Source: Octopus sinensis
Taxonomy: Eukaryota
Direction of reading: 5' to 3'
Assembly: GCF_006345805.1 (NCBI RefSeq)
Contig: NC_042997.1
Coordinates: 6,200,001-6,264,000, forward strand
Length of the DNA stretch: 64,000 bases
Part shown: positions 13,040 to 26,600 of the stretch, piece by piece
How positions within the stretch are numbered: the first letter of the stretch is position 1
Layout of the letters: each line of letters opens with the position of its first letter
Notes under the pieces: model-generated
Seen by the model: only the letters and a program-made list of their open reading frames with translations
Databases searched by the model: none
Told to the model about the DNA's origin: nothing
Position numbers and translations under genes: made by a program

Positions 13040-14450
13040 GTTGACTAGTTGTTGAAATTTGTTAAATCAGCTATCTTTCTCACCTTCCTTCACTTTTCGT
13101 CATTTTACACCCCAGTTCTGTCCGAATTGGTCACCCATTTCATGTTGTATCTCTCCTATTGCATAACACACAGTCTGTGGCATACTACTGCTGTGCAACC
13201 TCATGCAATCTATGTTCTATAATAAATTATGGAAATCCCTCTCGCTTTCACAATCATCGTTGATCACAGTTCACTCTTCTGTTACCACTCCATCTAATAC
13301 ATAACTTCTCATCTGAGCTTCCCATCTCCACAGTTATAGTCATGCTACTCCTTCGCCTATTTCTTTCTTAATCTGAGTTCACCTTTCTTTCTAGAGACCT
13401 GGGGTACATAAACTTTTCACTTGTGCCGAGGAGCTTAGCAAAACCGAAAAGACATTTTCAAAGTTTCAGTTATAAATTCTCTAGCTATCTAGTTCTGATG
13501 AATTGACTGACCTTGACACTAAACAATACAACCAGCTACTAGATTCATTTCAATTCTCTCACCGTGGCAGTTCTTTCTTTAATGTGCTGATTTGAATCTG
13601 AATAGGATTTGAATGTGCATATGTGAATTTAGTAATTGCGTTGATGGTTGGCGAACTGTTTTACATTCGTTAATTTATCTAGTTATGTACTCCAACTCAT
13701 ATGCAATGATTATAATGTAATCAAAATGGGTGAGGAAGTAATGCACCAATACAATGATTCTCTTTTCTATCAAAATCTACCTTCTTAATTTAACTAACCC
13801 ATCCAATTCTTATGCTCAACATTATGAGAGATCTGAAACCACTATTTACACCGCTTCCTCGAGTGATATCAATGATATCATACATTCCCCTACACAATCA
13901 CCTATTATATCCTGAAAATTTACAAAGTCAGGATCTTTGCTCAACGCTTCCTCACTCTATTCATAACAGATATGCTTTAGTAATTTCTAAATACTACCTA
14001 AAGAGTCCTAAAAGCTTTGTTCGAGACCTTACAAACATCATTAATGAAAATAATTACACGCTATACTTTATACTTTTTCTACTATTCTTAAATACTTCTG
14101 TCTACCATTCCATTCCATGACTATATAGTCTTTAATACAGCTTTTCACTACGATGGTCCATCCTACACACTTCACTTAGAGACCCCATGTCATTTATATT
14201 TCACGACCATTTATTCCACTCCAAGCATGTTCCGACTTTGCATGATCTTTCAGTAAGTATCTATTTAGCACGTAACTAGGTCTTTCTCTACTCCATTGGT
14301 AGCTTTAACTTACATGTATTCTTATGTCCGCAACACTGCTACACTTTTTGGGCCCTACTAAGGTCATTTCCTTACCATTGACCATTTCACATATAAAACT
14401 AGAAAAGTCATTTACAATTTTAAATCACTTTTTCTGTGGCCTCTAATATA
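13040..14450 (-). mobile_element. Highly decayed RTE-like LINE RT region
   Basis: Broken minus-strand frames retain RTE-like segments (YLEITKAY ~ FxDLEKAY, GMYD...GFR, KFMY ~ KFCYLG) in the expected order. Many stops. Confidence 0.45.
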
Positions 14451-16023
14451 TTAGACAAAGAGGTATAGTGTAGATATTTATAACAATATCTAAGTGATAT
14501 CGGTATAAACAACAGCACATCACATATCAATCGCTAGCTCAAGATGCGCCCAGACACTATATTCATCCTACCATATGCTGTATAATTTCAACCCATATTA
14601 ACTCTGCTTCACATTCTTACAAAGAACAACGCTTCATCTTCTGCCTCAGTTGCTCCTCTCTCCGAGGCATAAATAGGGAGGGTTCATCATGGAACAGGAT
14701 ACAATTTTGTTGCAATGAATCCCATTCACAACTTGATTATATTTCTCAGGGATAAGGACTCTAATATCATTTATATATACAAACATAGAAATGTAACTTA
14801 CTCCACTCATTGCTCCCCTTCTTTCTCACGTACACTGGTATAGAAACATAACTGAAATCTTTTTGGTGGCACACACAGTCATACTACTATATGAAACACC
14901 AAATTGTTCACCAATAGAAAATATCTTCAAGCAGCTGCGCTACCATATATTTCCCCTCACCGTACCCTATTACACACGCACAGTGAACATGTTTATGTTA
15001 CTTGTATACATACTTACTATCCTACCTGTGTGTATTATATGAAATATTGAGTGTTCTATACATAAATACTTGAGACGTTGTATTCCCTACACAAATAATG
15101 TTACAGTTTATTTTCACTACGGCCCAGAATAATGTCCCCGCTTCCGAGAATAGTATCCCCTCCCCTTCAAATTTCTTTTTAAGCGAAACTGGCTACGTAA
15201 AGACTTTGAAATAACGGTGTCTTTTTTTCGTTCTTTACCCTATAACTCTTGATTCTATTCGTTTACATAAAGAGTATATTCTGAAATGTTAAATCCACTT
15301 TTATTCTTTCATATGGCGGAATTATCTCCACTGTGCATAATTATTATAGTTGTAGAGTTTTTTTTCATTGTTTTATTGTTTCGTTTAATATACGCACACA
15401 TTTTCCTCCACATGTTTTAATTAGCTAACCTCGTAATTGTTTATCGCTCCCGCACACCATAATAATCCCCGTAGTCTTTTAACGAACTGCTATTTAACTA
15501 CTGACACTTACACACGTACATTTATGTGTAAGTACATACATGCACACACATACACACACATATATGTGCGCATGTGTGCATGTATATAATTTTATGCACA
15601 TAGTAATACTGCGCAATTATATTATCAGATTAAATCATACTATAATTAGTTGAGGCCAAGCAGATAAGTTTGTTTAGAGAAAAACTAATTACTAATGAAT
15701 AAATCAATAGATAGTTAGATAGCAAATATTGTGTTAAATTTCTCTTTGTTGGGAATTCTACAGCAATTTGGAATTTAGCGAATTACATACTAATAGCAAC
15801 ACATGTGCCTGTTCGATTGTCAGTTTCCCGGAAATGATGCAGCATAATAATTGGGAGTATCATGTTTCACTTGTGTGTGTGCGAAGACCAAAATCATTAT
15901 ATTAGAGAAACAGCATAATCCCTCACCTCGGAGATCATGAAGCAACCAGGGTTTGGTTCAGTGTTTTGGCTGATGCTGTGACTTTATCAGACAACCGAAG
16001 TAATTCTACACACACAATATATA

Positions 16024-16062
<39 letters not shown>

Positions 16063-16104
16063 GCACAGAGCGTGCAAAGTGTTTATAAGACATTTGATAA
16101 CATA

Positions 16105-16300
16105 AAAAACCGTTAGATTCACTTCAAAATTTAAATATAATTTGTCAAAATAATTTCGTCGCTTTGAGACCGCGACTTGTTCGCTGACAAAATTCCGTAC
16201 AGCATCTCGGAATTTTGTCTGTGAACCGGTCGTGGTCTCAAAGTGACGAAAATAATTTGACAAATTAAATTAAAATTTTGAAGTAAATCTAACGGTTTTT
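16105..16300. repeat. Fold-back/MITE-like hairpin (~90-bp arms)
   Basis: aaaaaccgttagatt.acttcaaaattt...tttgagacc.cgac...gacaaaattccg versus cggaattttgtc...gtcgtggtctcaaa...aaattttgaagtaaatctaacggttttt. Confidence 0.8.
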
Positions 16301-16635
16301 GTGTGTTTTTAGATGGCGTATAAACATCCAGCATGTTGTAATAGTTTATATTCTGCATGAAGAAATTAAGTGTGTTGCTCGACAGCGCACTGTTGGTGTA
16401 GTGAATGTGCAAAGCTTGGTTTGAAATATTTGCAATCGTGTATGCTTTTCAAGAGCTGGGCTCATTAGCCAACAACGGAGTCGCAAATGCAAAATATAAT
16501 TTAATCCTCAAGCGCACAATGTTCCTGAATGTCAGCAGTGATCTTCTTCGGTTACGAATGGACAACCATCATATTTATGTACACGCCGACATACACACAC
16601 AGACACACATATACATTCATACATGCATGCATATT

Positions 16636-16675
<40 letters not shown>

Positions 16676-16689
16676 TGTATAACTTCTCC

Positions 16690-16830
16690 ATGGGTTACGA
16701 CGGCGTGTGTTCCACTTGATACTATTAACGAGAAGTTGCCCGTAATATTCAAGTACAATTGTCAGAAGACCACTCAACTTCACTTAGTTCTGAGGGAGAT
16801 TCAGCGTGACACAGGATGTTAAACGAATGG
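16690..16830 (-). mobile_element. SINE family C, 3' fragment
   Basis: gggttacgacggcg..gttccacttgat is the rc of the gatcaactggaaccc.cgtcgtcgtaacc motif at 31855-31882 and 57830-57866. Confidence 0.55.
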
Positions 16831-16993
16831 CTAATTGGATTGCAGGTGCATATTTGCTATCTGCGTGGGTGGAAACAACGTGGAATAAAGAGTCTTGCTC
16901 AGGAAAAGACATGCCACCAGTAGCTGGACTTACGATCAAGTGTCGAGAACACTGAACACAAAGGAATACATCTTCACATAAAAATGCATGAAC

Positions 16994-16996
<3 letters not shown>

Positions 16997-17036
<40 letters not shown>

Positions 17037-17069
17037 ATATATAATATATATATATATATAGTTATATAT

Positions 17070-17102
<33 letters not shown>

Positions 17103-17329
17103 GAATGTGTATATATATATGTATATATATGATTGTATATACGAATGTATATATGTATTGTATATATGTATATATATATGAATGTATAGATGTATTGTAT
17201 ATATATATATATATATATACATACATATAATGAAGGGTGAAATTAATTAATTTGGAATAATTATCAATTACACCAAGTAGTCTTCGGCATGTAAAAGCCT
17301 CATTCGAGGAAAATTGCTTAGTATTACTT

Positions 17330-17384
<55 letters not shown>

Positions 17385-17400
17385 TATATTATATATACAT
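16997..17400. repeat. (TA)n-based compound microsatellite containing a ~100-bp inserted repeat (17235-17330)
   Basis: Direct inspection. Confidence 0.85.
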
Positions 17401-18776
17401 ATTAAAACTGAAGAGATGGGGGGAAAGGAAAGATAAAATTTGCCAGTAATATCGAGAAGCGAACTGAAAATGTGTAATCAATAGAAAGTAAATAAAATCG
17501 GTACTGAAACGGAATTGTAGTTTTTCTTGTTGAAACATATAATCAGACGCTGAATCTACTTTCATTTCTCACAGACAAATGCATAGACACACAAACTCAC
17601 CCTTCTGGGTTTTTTTTATTTATTTCATCTCCTAATTATGTCTATGAGAATTCTAAGAAATAAACTAAGACAACTCAAAATAATAATACTGACCACTTAA
17701 TATAAAGATCTAACGATTTTAAGAATGAAGATTTTAATAAATAGAAATTATTAGCATCAAACTTCTACATCAGTCAAACGTGCACATAAAAATAATTGAA
17801 CGAAATATTTCGAAGTAAAATATAGTGAAATGAAACAATATTTTTAGATTATTTAAAGAAATATAGTGGTTGGTAAAGGTACTGGCAAATTTCAAAAGCG
17901 AAATGAAATAACACACACACAGTAAAAAAAAAATAAAGAGAAAACATTTGCATCAACCCTAGAATAAAATAAACAAAGGAACACATGAGTTAGTATAGAA
18001 TAAAAATAAATTACAATGCGTATGGAAAAAATACTTAAGAGCGAAAAGCAAGATCTGAAGAATACCAGAAAGAAAATTACAATACGTGAGATATAATTCA
18101 AGGCGCTATAGTTTTATTACATGTTTGTAATCCCTGATCGCGCTTACACATTATCAAGGACATCTTATTGGCGTCGTTATTAAAAAGTCAGGTAGTTCGT
18201 GTGTTTGGACATGTGTGTGTTTGTATGCATGCATATAATTCATTGAGCCCGTATTATGTAACTATATGCACAATTGCCACGAAGAAGATAAATGCACGAA
18301 AAAATGCTATAAAGTAGACAAATTTTATGCATACATGTACCTTCACATACGTTTAAAAATATCGGTGTGTCTGTGTGTATGCCTGTATGCATGTATGCGT
18401 GTGTGAAAGGGAGAGTTTGACAGAAAGAGAGAGTGAGCTTGTCTGTGTCAGAGAGTTCTAGAGAGCGACCCTGTGTGTATAATAAAGACGGAAATACATT
18501 TTCACCTTGCAATTGACGAGCGGGAGAGAATAAGAGGAGAATTTATTGAGGAGTAGAAGGATAATTTAATATGTGATCTTCAGCGCATTTTTACACTCTT
18601 TTCTTTTCGTATACACATAGGTCTCATGCTTCGTAAAAATAGTTACGAATTATCCTAGCGTAATTGCAGTAAGCATCCCATCATAGAGGAGAACTACCAT
18701 GTTGAATAACATACAGGTTGATTAATTGGAAACTATTATATTAAACCTCATCAGGATATTTGTGTATACTATTGTG

Positions 18777-18779
<3 letters not shown>

Positions 18780-18832
<53 letters not shown>

Positions 18833-18868
18833 CATACATATACATATATATATAATATATATATATAT

Positions 18869-18899
<31 letters not shown>

Positions 18900-18902
18900 T
18901 AC

Positions 18903-18945
<43 letters not shown>

Positions 18946-19164
18946 TACATATATACATATATATATACATAATACATATATATATATATACATATATACA
19001 TATACATATATATATATATATATATACATATATACATATATACATATATATATATACATATATACATATATATATACATATACATATATATATATATATA
19101 TACATAATATATATATATACATATATACATATATAATATATATATATACATATATATATATTAC

Positions 19165-19217
<53 letters not shown>

Positions 19218-19218
19218 C

Positions 19219-19253
<35 letters not shown>

Positions 19254-19270
19254 CACATATATATATATAC
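18780..19270. repeat. Long (CA)n/(TA)n/(TATACA)n microsatellite
   Basis: Direct inspection. It explains the YIYIYI ORFs. Confidence 0.95.
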
Positions 19271-21699
19271 AGGTTACTATGGATGAATTGACACCCTCTT
19301 ATACTTTTAATCCCTCAGATGGACAGTGTTTCTGATTTTGTCGATTACATGTTATTGTAGGGCCAGTTGGGCACCGTTCATGAGAAAACAACACATTGAT
19401 GCAATTCGCTCCGCCAGAAATTGGAAACAACTTAATGCACCGCTTGGCATTCGCAACGGAACATCCCAAATATATATATATATATATAATATACATATAT
19501 ATATATATATATATATATCCATGTGCCTGATGTGTGCACATATAGACTGATGAGTATATATGTTTGACTGAGTGTTGTGGAAGATTTTCAATTGTTAAAC
19601 CAAATTTATGATATGGAATGTAATGCTTTTCAATGTTCTTTCGCAAAAAAAAAAAATCTGGATTTCACCCGTTGATAATTCATTCGTTTGTTTTGCTATT
19701 TTTGTTGTTGTTGTTGCTGTTTTTGCAAAAATGTACTTCGCACTTACAAAATTTATATGACATCATGCTTTTGTTCTTGTTTCGTATGAGTATCGACGTT
19801 GAAACTCTAGAAGGGATTGTTAATGGATTATTTGTATTTTCAATACCAAAATATGATGATGAAAGGCTGAAGTTTAAGTACTTCAACGTTGCTCATTTTC
19901 TGTGTATACTGGATACGATTGTTGTATGACCATATACTGCTATCTATTTTAATCGTGAACTGGAGAACTTGTTTGTTGAATAATGAGATGTTACGCTAAT
20001 GACACATACCATTGATGGAAATCATTCTAGCTGTTATTATGTCGTTTCTGTTTCTCAGAGTAGGTTGGACTTATTTCTCTAATGTGGTGTGCATTCTGGA
20101 AGAACGTTGAAATGTGGGATGGATTTGTTTGTTGCTTTAATGAGATCAAGTAAAGTACATTGCTTTAAGTTAAAATTACAACACGAATGATCTTACCAGC
20201 ATATGTAATTAGTAAATGTGACGAAATTACACTTACGATTTGAATAACACAATCGAACATGTACATGTGTATTGTAGATTAGTTGTTATAAATATCAGCC
20301 TAATTTTCTTAAACTATTATAGCTCTACAACCTTATAAGTTGGAAGAATACTGTAGTTTCACAGTATGTTGGGGTATTCTTCAATAAGATTTTCCTTTTA
20401 GTGTTAATCGTTAGAATAATTAAGATTAAACAACGTTATCAAATGGAATATTAAGTTACCCAAGCACTTCTTGACTAATTGTAAATATCTCTGCAGTGGA
20501 ACTGGTGATAATAGTATTGGTACTGGTTATTTTATTTGATTTTCAGCTCTCTGACCTAAATAGAATACATACGTGGAACATGTTCTTGGAAAATTTCAAT
20601 CAACTATTCCCCTAGCACCTCGAAAATGGAGAGAAGGATAGCAATTAAGTTTGGTGAAGGTCTAAAAATAGTTATCATAAAACAAAGTTTCCTTTTCGAC
20701 ACCTCTGCTTGAAAATAACTGCTCTTATTTAAAATTTATGTTTGGTCATGACAATGTACCGCAAGGCAAACGAAGTTAAATATTTGTCCAATTTCTTCTT
20801 ATGGAAGATTAAATCCTAATTTTAATTCCACTTGTCATAGAGATCAGAGTGTAGTAACTCTTCAGTTTTAATTTTTTTTCGGGCACAATGCTATATTTCA
20901 TTGTCTCTAGTTTAAGAAACTTTAATCTTCTCTTTAGTTTCGGTGCTTACACGTTGGCAAACTGACAGAATTGATTGCCTCCTAGATATTTGCATTACTC
21001 GCCATTATAGCAAACTATCATTATTACTACAGCAGTTCATATATTGGTTACCGCAATAATTCCGCCATTAAAAAGATAATATATATCAGAGATTATTGTG
21101 AAAGCACTTCATTTGTTGGTTGCAGGATATATCTAAATTCCTCATTGATTTATTCCATTAGTTTGCCATTTCCCAAAGCGCACTTTTGCTTTTATTTTAT
21201 TTGCATAAATTTCGTCTCTTAATTCTATCTGCCAGTTTGTTTTATATATTTCCTAATCATTATAGACAATGCACTTCGATTTTTTTAGCACTTGTTTAGA
21301 GTCATTTTACAATACTCGCAATAGCTGGGTGTGTTTCACGTGATAATGTTAGTTTGCATACATAAAAATATCTTACTGCTTTCGAAAAGGTACTTTTATT
21401 TTTCGGCTAGGTACAGTTTGTTCAATACGAAATCTTGTTAGTGAGTTGACCAGTTAATTTTATTTAAAGGTCATCCTAATGCATTTCATGAAATTTCATT
21501 CACAATATTCTTATTCTCATCCACAATTTGTTTCTTAGTAATTATAGTTAATAGTTGGAATAAAACTATTTTTTAAAATTAATACGCACAACAAAGGCAG
21601 GTTTAGAGCTGCCTTAAGACAAACTGATCAAAGGTTATTTAGATAATAGCATGATTATGGATGAGACAAATAAATGGTCGCTATAATGAATAGCATTAT

Positions 21700-21880
21700 T
21701 TAAAAAATTGATTAAATAAGAAATTCTCTTAATTTCTGTTTTGTCTGGGGCGAGTCATTTTCTTTTTGTGTCTTATAATGTAACACACTCACCGGTAAAA
21801 TTTCTACTTATTTCTTATTATTTTCCTAAAATTTTCGTTGCGTCTTGCAACCTTTTCAATAGTCTTGATTCTCTTAATTT
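21700..21880 (-). mobile_element. Short repeat with a second U3:A8-type HHR-like motif (21825-21864)
   Basis: rc = GACUA-UUGAAAA-G-GUUGC-AAGAC-GCAAC-GAA-AAUU-U-UAGG. Confidence 0.5.
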
Positions 21881-22057
21881 CAATATTCAAATAAAAATAA
21901 TGAGAAAATAAAGGGTAATGATTGAAGGAGCTAAAGTTTTACGAAAGTTATTTTCCTTTAGCTGAAGTGTAAAGTCTTCATTTTCTGTCTCAAAAATATT
22001 TGCCGATATATGAAGCAGATTTGCGTTTTAACGTATTACATTAAATTAAAGCGGTGA

Positions 22058-22560
22058 GCAGGCAAAACTATTAGAATGTCGAAGAAATTTTTAGTGGCAT
22101 TACGTCCACCTTTAGGTTCTGAGTTCAAATTTCACCGAGCCTGACTTACCCTTTGATTTTTTCACGGTCGATGAAGTAATTATTAGTTGAACCCTGGGAT
22201 TGATATAATGGACTTACTCCTTCACCCGGAATATTTGGCTATGTGTCAAAATCCGAAGCCAATATATTAAGCTAAATTATGTGGTGAGCTGGCAGTAAAC
22301 GTTTCGGGGTCGATAAAATAAGCACTAGTTGAGCACCGGGGCCGAGTTGATCAACATACCTGTTTCTGTATTACCCACAAGGGGCTAAAATTGATCAACA
22401 TACCCCTACCACCGACCTTCTAGACTTGAGGAAAAATTTGAAACCGATATGTTACGCTAAATTTCTTCCGGTTTTAAATTCTGATTTCAAATCCAGTCTT
22501 AGTCGACTTAGATTTCAATCTTTCGGTATCGATAACATACAGACTAGTGAAGTGATATCA
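22058..22560 (+). mobile_element. Cluster of 2-3 degenerate SINE family B copies
   Basis: gcggtgagc.ggca..., gttctgagttcaaattt, tttcggggtcgataaaataag motifs. Confidence 0.7.
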
Positions 22561-23207
22561 TTGATGAAACCCGTTAGCCTCTTCCCTCATTATGGAGCAT
22601 AGAATCTAACTGAAGGTCACTCGAAATTCTTAAAGCCATGCTTAGTCACATATACAACAGAGAAAGCATAGGAAAATTCGGTTCTATATGCATTCTTTCT
22701 GTGTAACAAGTAATTGATCTATTTTAATACTCCCAAATATTCCCAAGAATTATGAATTATTTTCTTCTTGGTATCCGTGATTCTCATTTAAATATATTTA
22801 TATTTAGAAAATTCTCATCGTATAGTGTACTCTAAATATAAAATTAAAGTTGTATATTACCCATTTGAGCTGCCGGGGATAGTTGTATGCTTAAGACGTT
22901 CATTTTGAGCAAGAGAGTTCCAAGTCTTGTTATGTGCATGATGTATACAAAGATGTAGATCAAATCTACGTGTAATTTTGTGTCTGTGTTTGTCATTCTC
23001 CACCGCTTTATATCCGGTGTTGATTTGTTTCCGTAATTGTAACATGGTATGCCGGCAAAAGATACGATAGAAGACGTAACTGGATTGAGAATATTAAAAA
23101 ACAGAAAAAATCGAATGATTTGACTGGAGTTTCTCCCGGTTGTACACCTACATGGCTACAGCCTACTGTTTAAGAAAAGCAAAACAGAAAATTAAGATTA
23201 TATATGT

Positions 23208-23369
23208 AGACGCAGGAGTGTCAGCGTGGTAACAAGCTTACTTCCCAACCACATTCTTCCAGGTTCAGTTCTACTGCGTGGCGCCATGGGCTATTGTCTT
23301 CTACTATAACCTTGGGCCGGCCAAATCCCTGTGAGTGGATTTGGTGAACAGACACTGAAAGAACGCTGT

Positions 23370-23372
<3 letters not shown>
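23208..23372 (+). mobile_element. SINE family A, 5' half ending in (TA)n
   Basis: gacgcaggagtg...ggttcagttctactgcgtggcg...gtgagtggatttggtg. Confidence 0.85.
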
Positions 23373-23446
<74 letters not shown>

Positions 23447-23471
23447 ATTTTTGGGGAGAAACATAATCGAT

Positions 23472-23618
23472 TAGAAAGACCAGCTAGGTTCTATAACCAC
23501 AAAATTAGGGATTAATTTCGACAGAAACGAAATGTAAGAATAAAAACATTTTACCATCTAGTTTCCTGTCGAATTTTATCCCTAATTTTATGGTTATAGA
23601 ACCTAGCTGGTCTTTCTA
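23472..23618. repeat. Fold-back/MITE-like hairpin (~57-bp arms)
   Basis: tagaaagaccagctaggttctataacca.aaaattagggat...cgacag versus ctgtcg...atccctaattttatggttatagaacctagctggtctttcta. Confidence 0.85.
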
Positions 23619-26600
23619 GCGTGATGAATCCCACAAATGGATTCCTCATATGTTTAAATGTACACTGTATTTTATGGCTAATACATAGTCTTTGGACTAA
23701 ACTTTTACACGTTAGACCACTGGAAGTGAAAATTTTAATTGATTTCCATTTACCTTTGATATGATTATTTGTGTGTGTATATATATAAATATAACACATT
23801 ATGTATATATATATATATATATTTATATATGTGGGGGGTGTATAAGTATATAGATATTGGATGTGAGAGAGGAAATGATGTAAGGAGGAAGGGATAGCTA
23901 GGTAAGATTTATTCCAATATCTCCTATTTGCTTTAGATTTTAAATATCTAGTTATGCCTTAAGGCATTATGCATTTCTAATGTGTATAATCTTAAAGCAT
24001 ATGAAAATAACATTTATGTCCCCTCTCCATTTTGTTCTATCATTTTATTGATTCTTACATTTCACTCTGCTGGGTTTTGAGAGTGATATCATATACGTGG
24101 GAGGTGCGTGTGTGTGTGCGTGTTCGAATTGTGTCAAGCATTTCGGAAAGCAGAGGCAAATTTTAGGGCATAATATCACCTCTAATACTTTTCTCACTCA
24201 TATGTAGGGTACTGAAGTTATTGTACTGTGATACAGACAGACACGCACACAAGCATACAAACGTATAACTGAACGGAATGTATTTATATGATGTTCTTCA
24301 ATTTATATAGATCTCTCACTTTGCAACAATGAGAAATATTATATATAACGCATATATTAATAACTAAAGAAACAGGTAAGTAGTATAATTCTGGACTGAA
24401 GGCATATGTAATAACACCATGAATAACATTAAATACTCATACATATCACTCATGAATTATATTTTCCACCGATGCTCTTTGCTAGTCTGCATTTTGTTAT
24501 ATTACAATAGAGCAAATAGGTCGAATGTAATTCATCATTAAGTAATCGGTAGAACAGCATTGTTTTGATTATACAAAAAAAAAGCAAACACGAAGAAAAT
24601 TAGAAAAGAAAAAAGAAATGAAATCAATATGTAGAATAATGAAATCCAAGCTGTTGTGATTTTTAGAATTTACAATTCCTGCGAGATAATTACATCCTCT
24701 TCCTGAGAGTGCACAATATTGTGCAGTTTACACATTGTGATATCATGCTGAGATGTCGAAAGAATACGCAAATTCACCTAATTAAACTAATAAAATCAAA
24801 CTGTAGTGAGAAAAATAAATCGTGTTTTATTTTAGTGCTATTTAATATCAGTTTGTTTGTAAAAAAATAGAATAGCAAAACAAAAGCAAAAACAAAAGAT
24901 ACCAAGAATAATATATAAGAATAAATAAAAGGAAAATGGGTTTACAATGCATTTGTTATACAAACATTAAATAAAACAAATTACAATTAGAAATTAAAAC
25001 CTTTTGTTTTTACAAATTTATAGAATTATATCAGATTTCGATTACAACGCAAATAATTGATTAGCATAGTAGGCAATAAATAACACATTTTAATGGAACT
25101 GAATCTGTTGAATGTTTCGATTAAGCCTCTTTGTGGATGCTCAAAGGGCAAACACCGTAGCAAAAACTTCCTTAAATCACACCTCAATACTATAAACCAT
25201 GATATTTGTGTAATTTCTTAAATCAGAATAAACGATCGTTCATTGAGAGATGTTTCTATGAATATAGGGGACATGTAAAATTATAGGACCACTCAAACAC
25301 TCTTCATCTGAGGCACAACACAACTACGGCATGTGTAATATATCCCACTATGCTAAAAGTATGATTTCAATGGATCTGAAATCAGCTTTAATCATTGGAT
25401 CTAAAAACTTTGTTAACTATTGCAATGGTCACTATACGTGGTATGCAATACACTGCTCTCTGATAATAATCATCTCTGTCATAAAGTAACGAGCTGAAAT
25501 TTCTAGGTGTGTTTATAACTGGTAATTTTGGTAACCCGGAAAGATCAAAGGCCAAATTCGAACCGGCGAGACTTGTAACATACCGTAAAAGAAATACTGC
25601 AAAGTAATTTCTTCAACACTTGGACGATTGAGCAAATATTCCACTCTAATATGGCGTAATGTGGGGTAAATAGTCGATAATATCAGTCCAAAACTAGAAT
25701 GCTTTAACGACATCAGAAGGATAAAAGGGAAATTTGAACTCGGAAGTGTTAGAACATCCGACGCTGCAACAATTACTCCAGTCCAGTTGTAATTTTTTAA
25801 CGTTACTGTCATATGAATAATTATCGCCGTATTTTCACAGACATGATATTGTTACCTCGTGCTTCACTGTATCCATTAGCCTTATTCTGTGCTCGTATAT
25901 TCAAGCATAAGCACAACCTTCGTAAGAGTAGGGAGTTAGACGTGTGTAGAACAGTTTTGCTGCATGATTTTTTGACGTCGGATCTAGCTGGCGACATACC
26001 ATGGAATATTATATATACTTCAAGAAGATACCTCACTTAAGCAATATTTCTCATCTCTGACATAGAAATCGTGACAATTCTTTAGATATGTCTCGGGGTG
26101 TAGTTTGCTGTGTGTAAATGTAATATTATGCTATTTCTTTTCCTGGAAAGTTACATGCTTCTATTTCAAAATACATTGTGGAATTTTTTCCCTCCCATGG
26201 CGGTTCATACTTTAAGTTTGAAGATCAGTCTAGACTTTTTTATTGCTACAGAAAATTTTTTTTGTCCAAAATTATATCATGAAGGCATTACTATAATACT
26301 TGAAAAAACTGGGGATATTTCTCTGACAGAAGACTGATGAAAATCAAACAGTACTTTTATTATCGTGATCTTCCTTACGTATATCATCACGGAATAGACT
26401 TTTTGTGTTTCAGCTGTAAACAAATTAATTCATCTATAAATTCTCTTCATAAAACTATTATATAATCGTGCTACTTGTGCAATCAATGTCCGCCTATACG
26501 CAAACCGTAGATCACGTGAAATGATATGGGAGTCTTAAACATGCGTATGAGCCAGAGTGAATATTGAGTAGGTTTTTCTTCTTCCTTTGAAGCCATAACA

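Noticed and set aside
17240-17325. HHR-like string CUCGAAUGA-GGC...GCC-GAAGAC on the minus strand
   Set aside because: The core is too far from consensus, there is no A15.1-U16.1 pair, and no stem I.
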